A stretch of DNA of 64,000 nt, taken from positions 32,001 through 96,000 of the forward strand of contig CAWJSK010000019.1 in the NCBI GenBank assembly GCA_963845535.1, given 5' to 3'. A model generated the notes under the pieces. It did no database searches. It saw only the letters and a list, made by a program, of their open reading frames with translations, and had not been told where the DNA came from. Positions 51,220 through 62,206 of this stretch are shown here, piece by piece (position 1 is the stretch's first letter; each line of letters begins with the position of its first letter). The position numbers and the translations under genes are program-made. This DNA is from an uncultured Spirochaetota bacterium. Its GTDB lineage: Bacteria; Spirochaetota; Spirochaetia; SZUA-6; Fen-1364.

Positions 51220-54200
51220 CTACTTCCCGATGGTGTACACGGCCCCATCGGTCCTGCCGAACACTTCGGGCTGGTACATCAGCTCTGCCTGCGCGGGCGG
51301 AGTTGGGAAAGCGCCCGGGGTTGTCGTCCTGAAAAGGAAGCTCACCTCGTGCTTTCCCCGGTCAAGCTGATCGAAGAAGAAGCGCACCTCGCTGTCATAG
51401 ATTCGGGTGGTGTACTCCTGAGCCAGCTCGTCGTTACCGCTGTCGGCGTTGTCATTCTCATCCCCATTGTCCGCAGACGCGTTGTCCGCCGATGCGCCTT
51501 GATCAGCGGGCGGCTTCACGATCTGCGAGGTGGCCAGCGACCCGTCGATGGGCTCCGCGCCTGAGGGGATGGGCGCGCGCAGCGCCACGAAAGTCCTGTC
51601 ACGGGAAGAGTAGAAGACGAGCCTCATCCGGTATACCTGCCCGAGCGCCAGCGCCGTTCCTTCTACGGTCTTGCCGTTCTGGTCCTGGATTTCCGCGGCA
51701 ATGCCGATGCCTTCATCCCGCGCATCCACGTCTCCCGCGGCAATGGCGTAGCGAAGCTCCGCCGTATAGTAGAGCGTGCCCGTTCCGTCAACGGAGAATA
51801 TAAGCGGCAGCGGCGCCCCTCCGGCGGACTGCGCGCCGCCGGCCCCGGCCATTGCCGACAGATCAGCGGGCGTAAGCTGCTTCTTGAACGGGGACTTCGA
51901 AAGGCCCTTGAAGCTGTTTCGAGCAACGCTGGTTTCTCCAAGCTTCACCTGCGCGGTGAAGTCAGCGTTGGTTTCGTTGTTCTGCTTCATCATCTCGGCG
52001 AACGCCTGGAGCACCCAGCCGGCGTTGCTCGTGTTGCCCCAATACCCGCCCGAGTTCGCCGCAAGCAGGTCGTTGGCCAGTCCCAGCACGAGCTGGGAGT
52101 CCGGCGCAAGGCGGGAGTAGAGCATGAGCAGGAGCGCCTTGGCCTGGATATTGCCGCCGTACCAGAACCAGTCGTTCACCGTTCCCACCAGGGTGACCGT
52201 TCGGGTTCCCACGCGGAGAAAGTTCTTCATACGGGCCAGGACGTTCGCCGCGGCTTTCTTGTTTCCCATCCCGTCATACGCCAGGCCGAGGAACCCGTAC
52301 CCGAAGATGCCGATCTTGTCCCCCTGGCTCGCAAGCGCATCCGCTTTCTCCCTTTCGTTCCTGCCGTACAAGGAGAACACGTACACGGCATACGATTGCA
52401 GGTAGGAGTCCATCATCAGCCTGCCATATCCTTTTTCCAGATAGTCGAGCAACGCGTCGGTGTCCAGCTTGTTGGGGACCACAAATCCCCTGTCTTTTGC
52501 CACGGCCAGGAGGTGCGCGACGCGCAAGGAGACGTAGTAGTTGGACCGACGCGGCGCGGGGTCATCCCAGTAGGAGAACCCGCCATCGGAGTTCGCAAAG
52601 CGTTCGAGCGTGGTAAGGTCAGCCTTGGCGTCTCCCGCGAGCTGCGGGAAAAGGACGCGAGCGAACATTTTGCTCGTGACCTGCTCCAGGCAGTCGTACG
52701 GATAGATGTCGAGGAAGTGGATGGCCCCGACGAGGTTCGAGGCGATTGTGGAATCCAGCGTCACGTACAGCCCCTCTTCGGGCGCCCCGAGGAACGTCGG
52801 GGGCACCACAATGGCTTCACGGGCCGAGTTGCTTGTCTTGCCGATGATCGTGAATGCCTCATCCACGTGCTCCGAAACGACATTCAGGACGTCTTCCAGC
52901 CTTTCCTTCAGGACGTCGGAGTCGACGTCGAACGCCAGGCGGCTGGATCCCTCTTTCGGGGCTTCCAGGTCGAAAGCCACCTCCGCCGTAGCTCCCGCCG
53001 CAAGCTGCGTTCTCTTTTTCACGCTGCCTTTCACCGTCAACGGGTCGCCGGCGGTCAGGGAAATGGTAACCTCGTGCGGCTTGTCGTCCAGGTTGGTGAG
53101 GACCACGCCTGCCGTTGCGGAATCTCCCACCCTCAGTCGGCGCGGCAGCGCGGTCCGGACGTTGATGGGGTTCTGCACCAGGGGTCTCGTTTTCCCCCAG
53201 ACCAAAAAGCTCCGCTTTCGAGACCACCGCCGTGGCCCTGAACTTCGTGAGCAGGTCAGGAAGCTTGAAGGTCACCGTGACCGTGCCGTCTCTTCCCGTC
53301 ACGAGCCCCGTGCGGAAGACCGCCGTGGGGTTGAAGTCCTTTCTTACGTTCACGCCCGCGCTTGCCGCCGGCGCCGCCTCACCTTTCTCATCACCGCCGG
53401 GGAGGTCGCGCGCCTTCCACGTGACGGGGTCCATGAGGAGGTCTCGTGACTCGTAATGGGCAACCTTGTCGGGGAAATTGCCGCTATCGTAGAAAAAGTC
53501 GATCGGGCTCGGAATGTGATAGTCGATGAGATCAAGCACGCCCCGGTCCGCGGCTACGAGCGCCACCTCCGCTCCCGCCAGGGGCTTTCCTCCCCACGTG
53601 GCTTTCACGGTGATGGATGCCTGGGCGCCCGGCCGGTAGCTTTCCTTCGAGCTTGAGACGTCGACATGAATGAGGCGGGACTCGATCCGCACGGGAATCT
53701 CGATGAGCCCCGAATACCCGCGCGGCTTGCCGAAATCCGGCGAGTCCGGCCCGTCCGCCGGCGGCTTGGTGCGTTGAGCGCTCGTGGAGACGAAGACGTA
53801 GAAGCTCGGCAGGTAGCCTTCCTTCACGGGAACGTCGATGGTGGGGGCGCTTCCCTCCAGCGTGACAGCCCTCTTCTCGATGATCCCCTCCCTCTCGATC
53901 GATACGAGGAACAACCCTTTTGCCACGGGGCTCTTGATGAGGAGGCGCGCCGTGTCGCCCGGTGCGTCGATTCTCTTGTCTGGCACGATCTCGATCTGCT
54001 TCTCATCCGCGTTGTTCCAGCGGATGAAATCAGCGCCCGTAGAATAGAAGGAAATCCGCGTGAAGCTCTCTCTCCCTTTTGCATCCTTGCCTGACAGCTC
54101 GATTGCATACGAGCCCGCCTTCTGCGTCGAAAGCTGGACGCTTCCGAAAGGCTTGCCCGGCTTCACGGTAAACTCCTTCTCCGTCACTTCCTCCTGCTCG

Positions 54201-56900
54201 TAGTGCGTGTCGATCATGCCGCCCACGCCCCTCTCCCGCACGAGCTTCCAGTCATCGCGAAGAAGCCTGCCCGTCACGTCTCCCGAAGGGTACGGCTTCC
54301 CGTCCGGGTCCACCGAGACGACCTTGAGGGTGAACGGAACGTCTTTCTGGACAAAGTACAGCGAGTCGTTCGCCGTTGGGCTCGAAGAAACGAGGGCCCC
54401 AAGGAGCTGGTCGGAGGAAAAGACGACTCGGGAGTCGCGCGCGGAGATGGCTTGCCGATCCACGTCCTCGATCGTCGCGACAACCTCGTAGTCGTACACC
54501 CGACCCTTGTCTCCATCCGCCAGAGGCTGCGTGGCCGTCACGGTGCCGTTGCCGGAGAGCGCTCCGGATTGCGTTCCGAGGTCTTCCGGGTAACTCCGCG
54601 TGACCGCGCCGAAGGTATAGGGGGAAAGCTCGTCACCGGGGGGCTGGTACCACTGCTCACGACGCGTCCAGAACCAGCTCCACTTCCCGTTTGAGACGTT
54701 CCCTCCCGCCAGGTATTTTCCGGCAAAGGTGGCGCTCAGCGAGTCACCCATATACGTGCGGGCATCAGGAAGGGAAAGGTCCACTGCAAAAGTGACCCTT
54801 CGGAAATTGGCGATCTTCACCCACGCCTGCCCCGTGCTCTCCTCTTTTCCTCCCCGGGTGCGGCGGAAGGAAAGAAACCAGTCCCCCGGATCGATGTCCT
54901 TGGGAAGCGTAATCTGCCCGGAGAAGCTCCCGGAAGGGGAGGTTGTTCCTGAAACCGTCGCTATGGGTTGGGCGTCCTCGGAATCAGTCTGGAGGTCGAT
55001 GCGATATTTCCCGGCAGCCGACACAAGCTTCCCAACCACGAGGTCCTGGTCGATGCCGGCAAATGACACTGTCTCACCCGGCCTGTAGATGCCGCGGTCC
55101 GACCAGATGTACGTGAGGGGCCGCGGGATTTCGGCTGAATATGGCTCGGAAGAGTTCCACGTCAGGCACGGCATCTGTGAAGGGCTGAGAACCAGCCGAT
55201 CCGTCCCTTTGGTGATCTCGATCTGGGCGTCGTCTTCGTGTCCGCGGAACGCGCCCATGAGGACGCCGGGCGCAATGGCAAGGGCCGCGAGTCCCGAGGC
55301 GTCGGTTTTCCCGGAGGCAAGGCGCCGCTTGCCTTTTTCCAGCGTGACCTCAGCGCCGGCAAGCGGCGCTCCCGTGGAGAGTGAGCCGGCCAGCACGACA
55401 AGCGAGTTGTAGGCTACGTGCACCGATGCGCCGATATCCGTGACCTGGACCACCAGGTCATCCTTCACTTCCTGCGGGGTGTCGCTCTCATCGAACTTTC
55501 CCATGAAAGCCCAGGACAACCAGGCCGCTCCCTTGTGGTCCTTGTTGAGGTAGGGTGAGAGGTCGAACATCTCGAAATGCCGCGTGTTTTTCGGCACGCT
55601 CCGGGTGTCCAGCCTCTTGCCCGGGTCCCCGGGTTTTTGCAGGAAAGGGTCCTTCAAGGGCCAATGCCGAACTTCCCCGAAATGACGTTCTGGAACTCCA
55701 CGGCGACTCGAGGCGGAAACTGCGACTCCAGGAGCTTCTGGCCGTCGGCGCGGAAAAGCACGTAGGTGGCGGCCGGCCCGACCTCCAAGGTCACGGTCTG
55801 GTCCTTTCCCAGGGACTGGCCATAGATGTCCTTGATACCGCGAAGGGACCTGCATGTCGAAGCTCGACTCGAACGGCACTGGCAACTTGCTGAGGTAAAC
55901 CCATGAGCCTGAGATTTCCATGTTGCTGTCGAGCTTGTAGCCCTTGAACGGGACCTCGAGGTTCGGCAGCACGCTCTCTTCGGTGAGCTCGTGGTTGAAC
56001 CGAAGGACTGCGTCGACCGACGGACCGTTCATGATCACTTCGCTGGATTCGAGCGCCAGAGGGGTGAGCGTGTGGAACCCCGCGGTGATGTCCTCAGGGG
56101 TCCCATAGTCTCCGGCCGGGGCCTGGCGCCGCGGCTGACAATCACCTTGACGTCAGCGTCCCAGGGCAGCGCCGCGGCAGGTTTCAGGGAGACCAGGCGG
56201 CGGCGTTCTCATACGGACCCAGCTCGCTCTTGTCCGTTACCACCGTTCGCGCCGCGCTGAAACGGACCGCGGCGCCGTCGGCCTCCAGATGGATGTACGG
56301 CAGGATTGTTCGAAGATCCACGGGGAAGTTGAAGGTGATCACGATCTCCTTGCTCGCCTCGGGGATCACGTCATCCCCCTGAGGAGTAAGGCTCACGATC
56401 CCGAGGGGCTCGGTCCGGAAGGTGAACTCCGTGTCCCCGGAAAGAGTCTCCCCTTCCAGCGAGCGCAGAGACTTGCTCACACGGAACGTGTATTCGGTTG
56501 CCGGCGCGAGCTGTCCCTTGGGCTCGAAGGCCAGAAGTCGGGAGCCGTACCATCGGAAGACCCCGTCCACGCGGGGAGAAATCGAGAGGACGCTGGAGGC
56601 GGTGATCGGCTTTGAAAGCCTGGCGAGCGCCACGACGGGCTTGTTGAAAAGGACCCAGACGCCTCCTTCCAGGTTCTCGTGAGGCACGGTCCCGCTTGGC
56701 CCCGTTTCCGCGATCTGAAACGGTTGGCCCTTGTCCTGGTCCGACTGCGGGTTGTCGTTACCGGGCGAATAGAGCGCCGGCAGCGCGATTTGTCCATCTG
56801 GGTTCGCGGGTGCCGTTGCGGCCGGGCGGGGAACGCCGCAAGCGCAGAGGAGAGATGTTGCCGCGGCAACAGCAAGCACGAGCCGGCTCAAACTTTTCAT
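51220..56900 (-). CDS. Bacterial alpha-2-macroglobulin lipoprotein, several frameshifts (about 53183 and 55680-56200)
   Basis: LLCAC lipobox; DRGIYRPGETV, VRKDF.PTAVF, LPDLLTKFRA, thioester YPYDCLEQ, AELMYQPEVFGR. Confidence 0.9.
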
Positions 56901-56973
56901 CCAAGCCTCCTGGGAGGAGGCGATTCTACCCCGATTGGGCGCCCGGGATCAACGAAAATGCGGGTTACGACCA

Positions 56974-57002
56974 TTGACAAACTGGCCCGCTTTGTTCATA
57001 TT
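56974..57002 (+). promoter_or_regulatory. Promoter of the tRNA cluster
   Basis: TTGACA-17 nt-CATATT. Confidence 0.75.
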
Positions 57003-57013
57003 TGGCACCGCAT

Positions 57014-57087
57014 GGTGGGTGTAGTTCAATTGGCAGAGCACCAGACTGTGGATCTGGAAGTTGTGGGTTCGAGACCCATCACCCACC
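57014..57087 (+). tRNA. tRNA-His (GTG) with encoded G-1
   Basis: G-GTGGGTG acceptor stem; CCAGA-CTGTGGA-TCTGG anticodon arm; C73 discriminator. Confidence 0.97.
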
Positions 57088-57206
57088 CCTAGCGCGCCTG
57101 AGAGGGCGCGCGGAAGCGTCGCCTTTGGCGACGTAAGGTCGGCGCTCTGCGCCGGCCGTGGCGCGCGGGGCTGCCGCTGCGGTCGGGGAACTGCACTCGC
57201 TGCGTT

Positions 57207-57280
57207 GCGTTCGTAGCTCAGTTGGATAGAGCGCCGGGCTTCGAACCCGTAGGTCGCAGGTTCGAGTCCTGCCGGACGCG
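57207..57280 (+). tRNA. tRNA-Arg (TCG)
   Basis: GCGTTCG/CGGACGC acceptor stem; CCGGG-CTTCGAA-CCCGT anticodon arm; GGTTCGAGTCC T-arm. Confidence 0.95.
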
Positions 57281-57292
57281 TCTTTGAATCGA

Positions 57293-57365
57293 GGGCCGCT
57301 AGCTCAGTTGGTAGAGCAGAAGACTCTTAATCTTCGGGTCGCAGGTTCGAGTCCTGCGCGGCTCA
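57293..57365 (+). tRNA. tRNA-Lys (CTT)
   Basis: GGGCCGC/GCGGCTC acceptor stem; GAAGA-CTCTTAA-TCTTC anticodon arm. Confidence 0.97.
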
Positions 57366-57390
57366 AAAGTTCTTCAGAGAGAAGAAGTTA

Positions 57391-57425
57391 GAGAGCGCCT
57401 TTTTTCCTCCGAGAGGGCGCCTCTC
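57391..57425. terminator. Hairpin downstream of tRNA-Lys
   Basis: GAGAGCGCCTTTT...GAGAGGGCGCCTCTC between convergent units. Confidence 0.45.
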
Positions 57426-57446
57426 TGCGCGCGGAACAATCAAGCG

Positions 57447-57854
57447 TCAACTCACGATCCCGCCCGCCGCGGATCTCTCGATCTTGAAGTAGATTCTTTC
57501 GGGCCATTCGCGCAGGTAGTGTGTTCTGACGAATGCGGGAAACCGACCTCTCGCTCCGAGTCCACCGATGTCCGACTCAACGACCCTATAGTAGCAGCCG
57601 CCGTCCGAGCTTTCCCTCATCTTTCCCAGACACACTTGCTGACCATCGAAAGGTTCGGAAGAGAAATTGAAGAGATAGATGTCCGAACGGTCCGTATCGC
57701 TGTAGCCGAGCAGTTGGCACGTCACGTCGAGGATCTGCCGCACGCCATGCAGCACGATCCTGTCGTGGGTGCCGCTGATCTTGTACTGCCACAACCCGTG
57801 GGACGTCCCGCGCTTCAAGCTGAACACGTGCACCGTGGGCATTTGTCGAGGCAA
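57447..57854 (-). CDS. Hypothetical protein
   Basis: 135-aa ORF with globular-protein composition, following the flavoprotein gene on the same strand; no motif recognised. Confidence 0.55.
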   Translation of the reverse strand: MPRQMPTVHVFSLKRGTSHGLWQYKISGTHDRIVLHGVRQILDVTCQLLGYSDTDRSDIYLFNFSSEPFDGQQVCLGKMRESSDGGCYYRVVESDIGGLGARGRFPAFVRTHYLREWPERIYFKIERSAAGGIVS

Positions 57855-57896
57855 TTATACACCAGAACGCGCTCCGTTGGAATGTGGAGCGCTGGG

Positions 57897-58712
57897 CTAC
57901 CTCGTCGTTCCGACTGTTGCGGCTTCGGCGAGACGCTTCCTGGCCATCCGTTCTCCGAGACGATCCGAAAGCCACCCCGCCAGCCTTTTGGCAGGTCCGA
58001 TGCGGGTCTTGTAGTAGAAAGGAGATTGGAACCAGCCCTTCTCCTTGTAGTAGCGAAAGTCGCGATAGGTCTCATCCAACATTGCCCCAATGCTTGAGCG
58101 AGAGAGGCGGAAGAGCATCAGTCTGAGGAAGGAAGGAATTGGCAGCGAAGGGCGAGTGAGAGCCCGGTGGAATCGTCGCGCCGCCTTGAGCACCGCATCG
58201 GATATCCTCTTTTGCTCGCTCGGAGTCGAAGGCTCGAGGGCTGTCACGCAGAATCCTCTACCCACTGTGAATCCCCAGGCTCCTCCGACCTTTTCGAGAT
58301 AGTTGACGATATCCTTGCCCCCGTAGATTCCCTGGACCACGACTCCCATGAAGGCCCTGCCGAAGAATCTCGGTCGGTGAAACACGAACGCCAGCCGATC
58401 AAGGAAGGTCTTCATGATGCCCGACACGTTGAGGGAGTAGTTGGGCGTGGCAAAGACCACGCCGTCGGAGTCTTCCATTGTTCGAATCAGCAAGTCCCGA
58501 ACGTCGCGAAGCGGGCAGTCTTCCTCGCCCTTCAGGAAGCAGTTGCAGCATCCCCTGCAATTGGCGAGAGTCAGGTCCTTCAGAAAGACATACTCGCAAT
58601 CGATGTTGTCGAACGCTTTCAGGTCTTCGACGAACTCTTCCATCACCTTGTACGTGAGCTGTTTCCGAGGACTTCCGATGAAGACGGTTATCTTCTTGGC
58701 TTGTTTTTCCAC
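57897..58712 (-). CDS. Flavodoxin / iron-sulfur flavoprotein family (NADPH-dependent FMN reductase)
   Basis: GSPRK, CRGCCNCF..GEEDCP, FATPNY, MKTFLDR; GTG 58712 behind GGAGG. Confidence 0.88.
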   Translation of the reverse strand: MEKQAKKITVFIGSPRKQLTYKVMEEFVEDLKAFDNIDCEYVFLKDLTLANCRGCCNCFLKGEEDCPLRDVRDLLIRTMEDSDGVVFATPNYSLNVSGIMKTFLDRLAFVFHRPRFFGRAFMGVVVQGIYGGKDIVNYLEKVGGAWGFTVGRGFCVTALEPSTPSEQKRISDAVLKAARRFHRALTRPSLPIPSFLRLMLFRLSRSSIGAMLDETYRDFRYYKEKGWFQSPFYYKTRIGPAKRLAGWLSDRLGERMARKRLAEAATVGTTR

Positions 58713-58779
58713 ACTGGACCTCCGACGCCGATCTTGTCGACAGGAATGCAACACCAGGCCGCCGCGGAATTGCACCCTC

Positions 58780-59651
58780 TCAGGGCTTGTGGCGGAGCTT
58801 GATGCTCTCCTCGCAGTAGTCGGTGCGCGGTCTGAGCTTGTTGTAGTTTCTGGAAAACTCCAGCCGAGGATCCACTTCCTTCTCCAGGGCATCAGGAGAT
58901 TTGGAGTTGTACAGCGCGCACACCCTGCGCGTGTCTAAGCCGAGAATCTCGCAAGCGGCGAGGGTCGGGCAGAAGTTCTTCGAGTGGAAAGTCAAGTAAT
59001 GGCCGTCCTTGTGGACCAGAGGGGCCTCGTTTTCGCTCATGCCGAGTTTGCGAAGCAGAACGGCGTAGGCCGTTTCCAGCGGATCATCTTTGTGTATCGT
59101 ATTCTGAGCTCGGAACCAGTCCACTCGTCTCTTTGCTCGCTCCGCGTCGAAAAGGCGGAGTTGTCCGTCCGAAGCACCACGCAATCTCTTCACTTCCTCG
59201 CGCACGTCTTGGCGGTAAAGAACGGCGCACTGTTCTTTGAGCACATCGCGGTCCACTTCGATGCGCACGCTGGCCTCGTCGAAGATCTTGTCGCATGAGA
59301 GTGCTGTCCGAGCTCGTCCTTCGGCGATGGCGTCGGAAATCCCATACCCAAAAACTACGCGGGGATCTTCGCCCAGACGATCGCCGCGGCGCACATCGGG
59401 CAGGGTTCGTGGGTGCACACCATGGTGCATGAGGACAGGTCCTTGCCGATCAGGCGACTCGCCTCTCGAATTGCCGCCATCTCGGCATGTGCGGTGGGGT
59501 CGGCGTCAGTCTCCTCGGTGTCGTGAGTGGCGGCGATGATCTGTCCGCGGGCGACGACTACGGCGCCGAAACCGTGGTTGCCTTCGCAAAGGCTCTTACG
59601 AGCCTCCTCGATGGCTGTTCTCATGTACTTTTCGATGCTACCCACAAGCAC
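58780..59651 (-). CDS. Zn-dependent nucleoside deaminase fused to a Cys-containing C-terminal domain; frameshift at about 59362
   Basis: TAHAEM and HEPCPMC motifs; adding one C to CCCC gives WAKIPRVVFG and continues into NFCPTLAAC...VC...YCEE. Confidence 0.82.
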
Positions 59652-59671
59652 CTCTCACCTGGAGCAACGGC

Positions 59672-59949
59672 TCAGTCTGAAGCTGTCCGACTCTTTACAT
59701 TCAGATAGAAGATCGCCGCGAGCACAATCCCCACAACGGACAGGGCGAAGAACGGGATCGCTTCAGTCAGGTTCGTCTTTCCGTCCTTCCTCCGGGAATC
59801 CCCAACTACAGCAACTCGGCATTTTCCCCTACTTTCTCAAACCAGAGCGCGGGAGCGGACAAGTGCGATAGAAGACGCCTGTTGCTGTCGCCGCGAGGAC
59901 GAGGACAAGAATGATTACAGGAAGAACTGCCTGTCGGAACATGATCATT
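59672..59949 (-). pseudogene. Remnant of a membrane-protein gene (only the two termini remain)
   Basis: MIMFRQAVLPVIILVLVLAATATGVFYRT and NLTEAIPFFALSVVGIVLAAIFYLNVKSRTASD* separated by about 90 bp of unrelated sequence. Confidence 0.4.
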
Positions 59950-59989
59950 TCAACACCGATGGCGGGGGATGAGTTGCCGCCGCCGCTCT

Positions 59990-60568
59990 TCAAGCAGGCT
60001 GAAAGGTCGCGATGATGACCCGCTTGGTTGTCGTGATGCTCTCTATGAGTCGAAGAGCAACGGATACGCCCTCAGGGAACAGCCGACGGCCGGATCCGAG
60101 AACAAGGGGATAAATCGACAGCAAGTACTCGTCGATAAGGTTGTGCAGCATCAGCGAATGGACGAGCTCCCCACTGCCAAGAATGGCCAGGTTTCCCTTG
60201 AGCTCGCTCTTGAGCTTAGCCACTGCAGCGGTCACATTGCCGTGGAGCAAAATAGAGTTGGCCCACGGAAGTGGTTCCTTCAGGGTGTTTGAAGCCACAT
60301 ACTTCTGGCTCTTGTTGAGACGCTCTGTGTAGGGGTTGTCCGTCCGTTTGGGCCAAACGGAGAAGAGATTCTCGTAGGTTCGCCGTCCCAAGAGAAGTGC
60401 ACCCTCCTGGGCCATCCGTTCGCCCATTTTCTGGAGCATAACCGAATCACCGTAGGGGATGCCCCACCCGCCGTGTGCGAAGCCGCCCCGCGTATCTTCG
60501 TCTGGGCGGGCGGGCGCCTGCATCACGCCGTCGAGGGTTATGTTGTTGACAACAACGACTTTGGCCAT
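59990..60568 (-). CDS. Dihydrofolate reductase-like (RibD C-terminal) family protein
   Basis: ITLDGVMQAP, LLLGRRTYE, ILGSGELV, YPLVLGSGRRLF; ATG 60568 behind GGAGG. Confidence 0.92.
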   Translation of the reverse strand: MAKVVVVNNITLDGVMQAPARPDEDTRGGFAHGGWGIPYGDSVMLQKMGERMAQEGALLLGRRTYENLFSVWPKRTDNPYTERLNKSQKYVASNTLKEPLPWANSILLHGNVTAAVAKLKSELKGNLAILGSGELVHSLMLHNLIDEYLLSIYPLVLGSGRRLFPEGVSVALRLIESITTTKRVIIATFQPA

Positions 60569-60816
60569 TTGAACCTCCAACTGCCATCTGGCGATTGAAG
60601 AGCTTCGCCAGAATCTTGATCTAAACATAACGACGAAAACGATACTCGCGTCTGGGTCTTCCCGCTGGCGCCGAAGGACGGGCAGGGCGGGAAGGGGATG
60701 CTGGTGCTCGCCGCCAAGATATGCCTGCGGTAGGGCGGGGCGGTGCCAGAAGCGGGACGTCTTGGCTCCACGAGTTTTGAATAGTAGACTCGCCATTGCA
60801 AAAAGGAGGGCTCCCT

Positions 60817-61833
60817 ATGCGGCAGGTATGGATCACAAAGGCTGGTTCTCCCAGCGTCCTGCAAGTTCGGGAAGCGCCCGATCCTGTTCCAGGACCTTCT
60901 GAGGTTCGCATTCGCGTGCAAGCGAGCGGCGTCAACTTCGCTGACCTCATGGCTCGGATGGGACTATATCCCGACGCACCCAAGATACCATGCGTTGTCG
61001 GCTACGAGGTCGCCGGGGTCGTTGACGCGGTCGGTCAGGGCGTGACTGAGTTTCGCCAAGGCGACGCTGTCATTTCAAATACCAATTTCGGAGGCTACTC
61101 CGATCTGGTCTGCGTGCCTCTTGTCCAAGTTCTGCCCCGTCCGTCCAAAATGAGCGCTCAAGAGGGGGCGGCATTCCTAGTAAGCTACCTCACGGCCTAC
61201 GTGCTGCTTACTGTGATGGGCTCGCTTCGCAAGGGCGATCGCGTTCTGATCCAAAGTGCCGCGGGCGGGCTCGGTCTGGCGGCCCTGGACATCTGTCGAA
61301 TCTACGCTGCCGAGACGATCGGCCTCGCGTCTCCATCCAAGCATGGTTTCCTCAAGGAGCGAGGGTTTGACCACGCGATCGACTCACGCGCCTCCGACTG
61401 GGCCAAGGAGGTAAGAGAGATCACCAAAGGGGACGGCGTGGAGATTGTCCTGAACTCGCAAGGCGGTCAGTCGTTGCGTCAGAGCTACGAGCTGCTTGCC
61501 CCAACGGGGCGACTGCTCACATTCGGAGCCAGCAGCATTGCGCCTGGCAGCCATCGGTCTATTGGAGCTCTCCTTTCGTTTGTCACTTCAACGCCGCGTT
61601 TTGCGCCACTTCGCCTGATGAACGACAACAAAGGAGTCCTCGGTGTCCATATCGGGCACTTTCGAGGCCAAGAAAGAAAGGTCCGTGCCTGGACGGAGCA
61701 ACTGCTGGCCTGGTACAACGAGGAGAAACTTCACCCGCACGTTGATCGGGCGTTTGCTTTCTCAGAGGCGCCAGCGGCCCACCAGTACCTGCACGACCGC
61801 AAGGCTACTGGGAAAGTAGTGCTTGTTCCGTAA
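60817..61833 (+). CDS. Medium-chain reductase (quinone oxidoreductase/VAT-1-like)
   Basis: ASGVNFAD, GYEVAGVV, SAAGGLG, GKVVL. Confidence 0.92.
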   Translation: MRQVWITKAGSPSVLQVREAPDPVPGPSEVRIRVQASGVNFADLMARMGLYPDAPKIPCVVGYEVAGVVDAVGQGVTEFRQGDAVISNTNFGGYSDLVCVPLVQVLPRPSKMSAQEGAAFLVSYLTAYVLLTVMGSLRKGDRVLIQSAAGGLGLAALDICRIYAAETIGLASPSKHGFLKERGFDHAIDSRASDWAKEVREITKGDGVEIVLNSQGGQSLRQSYELLAPTGRLLTFGASSIAPGSHRSIGALLSFVTSTPRFAPLRLMNDNKGVLGVHIGHFRGQERKVRAWTEQLLAWYNEEKLHPHVDRAFAFSEAPAAHQYLHDRKATGKVVLVP

Positions 61834-61846
61834 GCCGAGCTGCTGG

Positions 61847-62206
61847 TCAACGGCCAGCCTTCGTCGTCTCCTCCTTTACCGCTAACGCATCGAGAACGCG
61901 GGCCGAGTGAACCAAGGCCGCGCCAGCATTAACGGCTATGGCGACTCCGAGAGCCTCTGTCACTTCTTCGCGGGTGGCCCCATTCTTCAGGGCGGCGTCG
62001 GTGTGGACAACGATGCACCCGTCGCATTGCCGCGTGACTGCGACCGCGACGGAGATCAACTCTCGCGTCTTGGCGTCGAGCTTGGATGTCTTGCCGCCTG
62101 CTTCGCTGAGCGTTCGGTACCCGCGAACGACGTCCGGGCTTATGCGTCCGATCTCAGCGATCGTCGCGAGGACCTGTTTGTGGTAGTCATTCCAATCAAG
62201 CATCAT
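61847..62206 (-). CDS. Carboxymuconolactone decarboxylase (AhpD-like) protein
   Basis: LDAKTRELISVAVAVTRQCDGCIVVH..AALKNGATREE. Confidence 0.92.
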   Translation of the reverse strand: MMLDWNDYHKQVLATIAEIGRISPDVVRGYRTLSEAGGKTSKLDAKTRELISVAVAVTRQCDGCIVVHTDAALKNGATREEVTEALGVAIAVNAGAALVHSARVLDALAVKEETTKAGR

